Shown here: piece after piece, positions 10,562 through 12,111 of the stretch
Layout: the number at the start of each line of letters is the position of its first letter
Position numbering within the stretch: position 1 is the stretch's first letter
From: a virus
Taxonomy: Duplodnaviria > Heunggongvirae > Uroviricota > Caudoviricetes
Reading direction: 5' to 3' (one strand)
DNA length: 12,111 nucleotides
Virus record (IMG/VR): IMGVR_UViG_2537562217_000015
Notes under the pieces: generated by a model
Told to the model about the DNA's origin: nothing
Database searches by the model: none
Seen by the model: the letters and a program-made list of their open reading frames with translations, nothing else
Translations under genes and position numbers: made by a program

Positions 10562-12099
10562 ATGAGCAGCTCACTTCCTGACGATATCAATGCACTGAAA
10601 CGTCTCCTTGCCGAACAGGAGGCGCTGAACCGTGCCCTGCTGGAAAAGCTGAACGAGCGTGAACGCGAAATAGACCATCTGCAGGCACAGCTGGATAAGC
10701 TGCGCCGGATGAACTTCGGCAGCCGCTCGGAAAAAGTCTCCCGTCGTATCGCACAGATGGAAGCTGACCTGAAGGCACTTCAGAAAGAAAGTGATACCCT
10801 TACCGGTCGGGTTGACGACCCGGCCGTGCAGCGCCCGCTGCGTCAAACCCGCACCCGCAAACCGTTCCCCGAATCACTCCCCCGCGATGAAAAACGGCTG
10901 CTGCCGGCAGCGTCATGCTGCCCGGAATGTGGAGGCTCGCTGAGCTATCTGGGTGAGGATGCCGCCGAACAGCTGGAGTTGATGCGCAGCGCCTTCCGGG
11001 TTATCCGGACTGTACGTGAAAAGCATGCCTGTACTCAGTGCGATGCCATCGTGCAGGCCCCCGCGCCTTCACGGCCCATCGAGCGGGGTATCGCAGGACC
11101 GGGGCTGCTGGCCCGCGTGCTGATCTCAAAGTATGCAGAGCACACCCCGCTGTACCGCCAGTCTGAAATGTACGGCCGCCAGGGCGTGGAGCTGAGTCGT
11201 TCACTGCTGTCGGGCTGGGTGGATGCATGCTGCCGGCTACTGTCACCGCTGGAAGAAGCGCTTCAGGACTATGTGCTGACTGACGGTAAGCTCCATGCTG
11301 ATGACACGCCTGTCCCGGTGCTGTTGCCAGGCAATAAGAAAACGAAGACCGGGCGGTTATGGACCTACGTTCGTGACGACCGTAACGCCGGGTCAACGCT
11401 GGCGCCGGCGGTGTGGTTCGCTTACAGCCCGGACAGAAAAGGCATCCATCCGCAGACCCATCTTGCGGGGTTCAGTGGTGTACTGCAGGCGGATGCATAC
11501 GCCGGGTTCAACGAGCTGTACCGGGATGGCCGGATAACGGAAGCCGCCTGTTGGGCTCACGCCCGCCGTAAAATCCACGATGTGCACGTTCGCACCCCGT
11601 CAGCCCTGACGGAGGAAGCGCTGAACGGATCGGCGAACTGTACGCCATCGAGGCAGAGATAAGGGGAATGACGGCGGAGCAGCGCCTTGCCGAACGTCAG
11701 TTGAAAACGAAACCGCTGCTGAAATCCCTGGAAAGCTGGCTGCGTGAAAAGATGAAAACCCTGTCGCGACACTCAGAACTGGCGAAAGCGTTCGCATACG
11801 CCCTGAACCAGTGGCTGGCGCTGACGTACTATGCAGATGATGGCTGGGCTGAGGCGGACAATAACATCGCTGAAAATGCGTTGCGGATGGTCAGTCTGGG
11901 CCGCAAAAACTACCTGTTCTTCGGTTCGGATCATGGAGGAGAGCGGGGAGCGCTGCTGTACAGCCTGATCGGGACGTGCAAACTGAACGGAGTGGAGCCA
12001 GAAAGCTACCTCCGCTATGTCCTTGACGTCATAGCCGACTGGCCGATAAACCGGGTCGGCGAACTGCTCCCCTGGCGCGTAGCACTGCCGACTGAATAA
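10562..12099 (+). pseudogene. tnpC: IS66-family transposase TnpC, interrupted by a frameshift
   Basis: Two adjacent ORFs in different frames (10562..11662, 366 aa; 11668..12099, 143 aa) that together give about 510 aa. There is an N-terminal leucine-zipper-like coiled coil ([38 protein letters not shown]) and a CxxC…CxxC motif (CCPECGG…CTQCD). The reading frame is continuous across 11621-11628 (CTGAACGG) if one base is restored, giving …EEAL[21 protein letters not shown]…. Confidence 0.75.
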
Positions 12100-12111
12100 C
12101 ACATCCCCGTC

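Larger units (their letters stand above)
9684..12111 (+). mobile_element. IS66-family insertion sequence (partial; right end beyond window)
   Basis: Three consecutive plus-strand ORFs with the IS66 organisation (small HTH-like protein, ~115-aa protein, large transposase). The left terminus begins 5'-GTAAGCG at 9684, the characteristic IS66-family end. The transposase stop is at 12097-12099, so the right inverted repeat should lie just past position 12111. Confidence 0.85.

Noticed and set aside
11600-11670. Programmed ribosomal frameshift joining the two tnpC ORFs
   Set aside because: There is no slippery heptamer or obvious downstream structure at the junction, and the IS66 family is not known to use programmed frameshifting. 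A 1-bp deletion or sequencing error is the simpler explanation.

Overview
Most of this window (1..9683) is the distal tail-gene block of a lambda-like (lambdoid siphovirus) prophage, all on the minus strand in the canonical order H - M - L - K - I - J - lom (reading right to left). It is interrupted at its upstream edge by an IS66-family insertion sequence on the plus strand (9684 to beyond the window end). The gene order, overlaps and spacings match what I recall of phage lambda: I and K overlap by 103 nt, the H stop overlaps the M start, and the J-lom gap is about 66 nt. The prophage looks mosaic and probably defective. The tape-measure protein is about 1018 aa and mostly unlike lambda H. 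The last ~150 aa of J, the receptor-specificity region, appear to differ from lambda J. The IS66 element sits only 86 bp upstream of the H start codon, where lambda carries the 3' end of the G/G-T tail chaperone gene. The IS itself carries a frameshifted transposase. I found no CRISPR array, tRNA or rRNA, and no convincing candidate for a novel defence or other system; the notable signals are mosaicism, IS disruption and a likely K start-site issue. All homology statements come from reading the translated ORFs against remembered protein families, not from database searches.
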